A DNA stretch of 64,000 nt from Polyangiaceae bacterium (GTDB taxonomy: Bacteria; Myxococcota_A; Polyangia; Polyangiales; Polyangiaceae): the NCBI GenBank assembly GCA_035063585.1, contig JAPSGB010000004.1:1-64000 (forward strand), read 5' to 3'. Positions within the stretch are counted from its first letter, which is position 1. Every line of letters begins with the position of its first letter. The position numbers and the translations under genes are program-made. Below, piece after piece: positions 60,827 to 64,000 of this stretch. The notes below the pieces were generated by a model. It was not told the DNA's origin and ran no database searches. It was given only the letters and a program-made list of their open reading frames with translations.

Positions 60827-61939
60827 TCACCCCGACCGAGGGGGGAGCCCCGCCCAGCTCGCGCCGAGCTCGCGCCGATACACGTTCACGTAGAGGTCGG
60901 ACAGGGTGAGGAAGACCGCGACGATGAGCGGTCCGTAGAGGAGGCCCATCACGCCAAACTCGCCGATCCCGCCGAGCACGCTAAGAAAGATGATGAGGTC
61001 GTGCATGCGCGTGCTCCGGCCGATGAGGCGCGTCTTGATGACGTTCTCGATGACGAGCCCCTGTACGGAGCAGAAGGCGAAGAACCCTATCGCGGCCGCT
61101 ACGCGCCCCGTGTAGGCGAGGTAGAGCGCGGCGGGCACGGTGACCACCGAGATGCCGACCAGCGGCAGGAAGGCGAACAGCGTCATGACGGTCCCCCAGA
61201 GCACGGGCGACGGCAGCCCGACCACCGCCATGGCGAGGCCGCCGAGCAGGCCCTGGAGCGCGCTACCAACCCCGTTACCGATCAGGATGCCGCGCGCCAC
61301 GCCGTCGAACTTCCGGGCGAGGAGCTCGCCGTGCGCGTCGGGCAAGGGTGAGAGCGCCTTCACGAACCGTCGCAGCCGGTCCGCGTCGACGAGCAGGTAG
61401 AACACCGCGACCAGGACCACCATGACGTGAAAGAGGAGGCCGAGCGTGCTGCCCACCAGCGCGGTCGTCTCCTTCACGACGCTCGCCGTGAGCCAGTCGC
61501 GCGCGCGGACCGCGGCCTGGGCGAGCTGCTCGTGGTTCACCGGGAGGCCGACCGTATGGAGCACCTCCTCCACGCGCTGACCGACGCTGCTGGCGAACGC
61601 GACGCTGTCGCTCGCGTGCACGCGTCTCGCGAGCGACACGGCCTCCTTGCCGAGGGTGGTCAGCACGAACGCGATCGGGCCTGCGACCACCACCACGATG
61701 AGGGCCGTGACGAGCCCAGAGGCGAGCCACTCGCGCCCGCCCAGGGCGGCGGCGAGCCGCCGCCAGAGCGGGCGGAACATCGCGACCAGGATGAAGGTCA
61801 CCACCAGATCCGGGATGAAGGAGCGGAGCACCAGGAAGAGCCCCGCGAGCGCGAGCGCGAGCAGGGCGAGGAAAAATGGCGGCGCGAGCCGCTTCCGTTC
61901 GGCGCGCTCGCTGAGCGGCGGGGGCTCGTCCAGGGTCAT
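60827..61939 (-). CDS. AI-2E family transporter
   Basis: FYLLVD, LQG, LPLVG, LGGIGEFGVMGLLYGP. Confidence 0.9.
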   Translation of the reverse strand: MTLDEPPPLSERAERKRLAPPFFLALLALALAGLFLVLRSFIPDLVVTFILVAMFRPLWRRLAAALGGREWLASGLVTALIVVVVAGPIAFVLTTLGKEAVSLARRVHASDSVAFASSVGQRVEEVLHTVGLPVNHEQLAQAAVRARDWLTASVVKETTALVGSTLGLLFHVMVVLVAVFYLLVDADRLRRFVKALSPLPDAHGELLARKFDGVARGILIGNGVGSALQGLLGGLAMAVVGLPSPVLWGTVMTLFAFLPLVGISVVTVPAALYLAYTGRVAAAIGFFAFCSVQGLVIENVIKTRLIGRSTRMHDLIIFLSVLGGIGEFGVMGLLYGPLIVAVFLTLSDLYVNVYRRELGASWAGLPPRSG

Positions 61940-61943
61940 CGTC

Positions 61944-63278
61944 TCATCCCTCACCCTCGACCAACGCGCGGTGCAGCGAGCGCACCGCGCGGCTCACGTC
62001 TCGTCCGTCGATCACCATGCTGAGGTTGATGGCGCCATGCCCGTAGCTCATCATCTCGACATTCACCCCCGAGTCGGCGACCGCGCGCAGGATCCAGGCG
62101 CCCGCGCCTGGGTGCGCCGGCATCCCCTGGCCGACCACCGAGAGCACCGCCTTGCCGGTCGCGAGCCGGCACGCGCCGAGCGCCTCGAACTCGGGGAGCG
62201 CGCGCTGCACCTCCGCGTCGTCCGGCATGGTGAAAGAGACGCTGATCTCGGACGTGCTCACCAGATCGATCACGATCCCATTTCGAGCCGCGACCGCGAA
62301 GATCTCCGAGAGGAACCCGCGCTCCCCGAGCATGCGCGGCGAGCTCACGGTGAGCACGCTCTGGTTCTCCTTGTACGCGACGCTGGTGACCGCGCGATCG
62401 GGCTCGCCGAGCGTGCGCTCGATCACGGTGCCCGGGTGCTCGGGCCGGTTGGTGTTGAGCACGCGGACCGGGATCTCGTTCGCGGTCGCCGGGACCAGCG
62501 TCGCGGGGTGCAGCATCCGGCTGCCGAAGTAAGCGAGCTCCGCCGCCTCGTCGAAGCTCATGCGCGCGATGCTCTGGGCCTCCTCGACCAGGCGTGGGTC
62601 GGCGGTCATCACGCCGTCGGTGTCGCTCCAGATCTCGACCTCGCGCGCGCCGAGCGCGGCGGCAAATAGCGTGGCGGTGAGATCGCTGCCGTTGCGCCCC
62701 ACGGTGGTGAGCTCGCCGACCGCGCTCTTGCCCACGAAGCCGGTGACGATCGGCACCACGCCCGCGGGCACCAGCTCCGCGAACGCGCTCTTCACGCGTC
62801 CCTCGAAGCCGGGCAGCGGCCGCGCGGCACCGAACACGGAGTCGGTGACGAAGCCGAGCTCCCAGGCGTCGTAGGCGCGCGCCGGGAGCCCGCTCGCGGA
62901 AAAATACTCGGCGATGACCCGCACCGCCATCCGCTCGCCGAAGCTCGAGACGTAGTCGAGGCTCCGTCGGCTCAGCTCGCGGACCAGCCGGATGCCGTGC
63001 AAGAGCTCGGTGAGCTCGTCGAAGAGCGGCGCGAGCGTGGCCTCGCCTACCCCGAGCTCCCCCGCGATGGCGCGCTGCGCCTCGACGACGGCGCTCCCCG
63101 CCCGCTCGTCGCCGCGCGCGGCGGCCTCGCCGGACGCGATGAGCGCGTTGGTGATGCCCTTGTGCGCCGACGACACCACGATCGGGCCCCGCGCGAGCCG
63201 CCCGCGGACGATCCCGAGCACCTTTTCGATTTGAGCTCGATCGGCGACCGAGCTGCCCCCGAACTTCATCACGAGCAT
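61944..63278 (-). CDS. lysC: Aspartate kinase
   Basis: [40 protein letters not shown] domains. Confidence 0.95.
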   Translation of the reverse strand: MLVMKFGGSSVADRAQIEKVLGIVRGRLARGPIVVSSAHKGITNALIASGEAAARGDERAGSAVVEAQRAIAGELGVGEATLAPLFDELTELLHGIRLVRELSRRSLDYVSSFGERMAVRVIAEYFSASGLPARAYDAWELGFVTDSVFGAARPLPGFEGRVKSAFAELVPAGVVPIVTGFVGKSAVGELTTVGRNGSDLTATLFAAALGAREVEIWSDTDGVMTADPRLVEEAQSIARMSFDEAAELAYFGSRMLHPATLVPATANEIPVRVLNTNRPEHPGTVIERTLGEPDRAVTSVAYKENQSVLTVSSPRMLGERGFLSEIFAVAARNGIVIDLVSTSEISVSFTMPDDAEVQRALPEFEALGACRLATGKAVLSVVGQGMPAHPGAGAWILRAVADSGVNVEMMSYGHGAINLSMVIDGRDVSRAVRSLHRALVEGEG

Positions 63279-63360
63279 GGCGCAAATCTCCGGCGAGCCG
63301 CGCGGTTCCGCGCCGGACCGGCAAGGGACCAGGGCCCGTCCGGCGCGGGGCGGCGCGCGA

Positions 63361-64000
63361 CTAGTAGCGGTAGTAGTCCGGCTTGAACGGTCCCTCGACC
63401 GGCACCCCGATGTACTCGGCCTGCGCGGGCGTGAGGCGGGTGAGCTTCGCGCCGAGCTTGTCGAGGTGGAGCCGCGCGACCTCCTCGTCGAGCTTCTTGT
63501 CGAGCACGTACACGCCGACCTCGCGCCGGTTCTTCCACAGATCGAGCTGAGCGAGCGTCTGGTTCGTGAACGAATTGCTCATCACGAAGCTCGGGTGGCC
63601 GGTGGCGCAGCCGAGGTTCACGAGCCGCCCCTCGGCGAGGAGGAAGATCGAGTGCCCGTCCGGGAACGTGAAGCGATCCACCTGCGGCTTGATGGTGGTC
63701 CGCACCACGCCGGGGTAGCTCATCAGCTTGGCGACCTGGATCTCGTCGTCGAAGTGGCCGATGTTACACACGATGGCCTGGTCCTTCATCTTCGCCATGT
63801 GCTCGGCGGTGATGATGTCCTTGTTGCCGGTGCAGGTGACGTAGATGTCCGCCTCGGCGAGGGCGTCTTCGATGGTGGTCACGGTGTAACCGGCCATGCA
63901 GGCCTGCAGCGCGCAGATCGGATCGATCTCGGTCACCATCACCCGGCAGCGGCTACCGGCGAGGGACTCGGCCGACCCTTTGCCGACGTCGCCGAAGCCG
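63361..64000 (-). CDS. ahcY: Adenosylhomocysteinase (3' part; runs off the window edge)
   Basis: [47 protein letters not shown]-terminal YRY. Confidence 0.98.
   Translation of the reverse strand, partial: GFGDVGKGSAESLAGSRCRVMVTEIDPICALQACMAGYTVTTIEDALAEADIYVTCTGNKDIITAEHMAKMKDQAIVCNIGHFDDEIQVAKLMSYPGVVRTTIKPQVDRFTFPDGHSIFLLAEGRLVNLGCATGHPSFVMSNSFTNQTLAQLDLWKNRREVGVYVLDKKLDEEVARLHLDKLGAKLTRLTPAQAEYIGVPVEGPFKPDYYRY

Overview
A very GC-rich (roughly 70-75% by eye), gene-dense bacterial chromosome segment with about 56 CDS. It most likely comes from a myxobacterium (Myxococcota, Polyangiaceae-like). This is an inference from the many lipoproteins with Gly/Ser/Pro linkers, an FHA-GGDEF protein, a Hanks-type kinase, Cys-rich 'CDGVDDDCDG' repeats and ECF sigma factors. 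I found no rRNA, tRNA, CRISPR array, transposase, integrase or phage gene. Housekeeping genes include argS, lysC, partial ahcY, pabB/pabC, ogt and yceI. A MacAB-TolC-like operon is coupled to a sigma54 two-component system. The standout is 38566-39138(+), a stand-alone Hedgehog N-terminal signalling-domain protein. It keeps the Zn2+ and Ca2+ ligand motifs of animal Hedgehog, has no Hint domain, and has a lipoprotein signal that would leave a lipidated N-terminal Cys (C-A-P-G-A-G, compare Shh C-G-P-G-R-G). Other notable items are an acetate kinase-PduL fusion, a membrane-anchored ECF sigma factor with a likely autoregulatory promoter, cytochrome c-rhodanese and SCO-cytochrome c-YHS fusions flanking the Hedgehog gene, a MutS ATPase-only protein, a dispersed intergenic REP-like repeat family, and an isolated AT-rich tandem repeat. 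All calls come from motif recognition by eye; no database searches were run.
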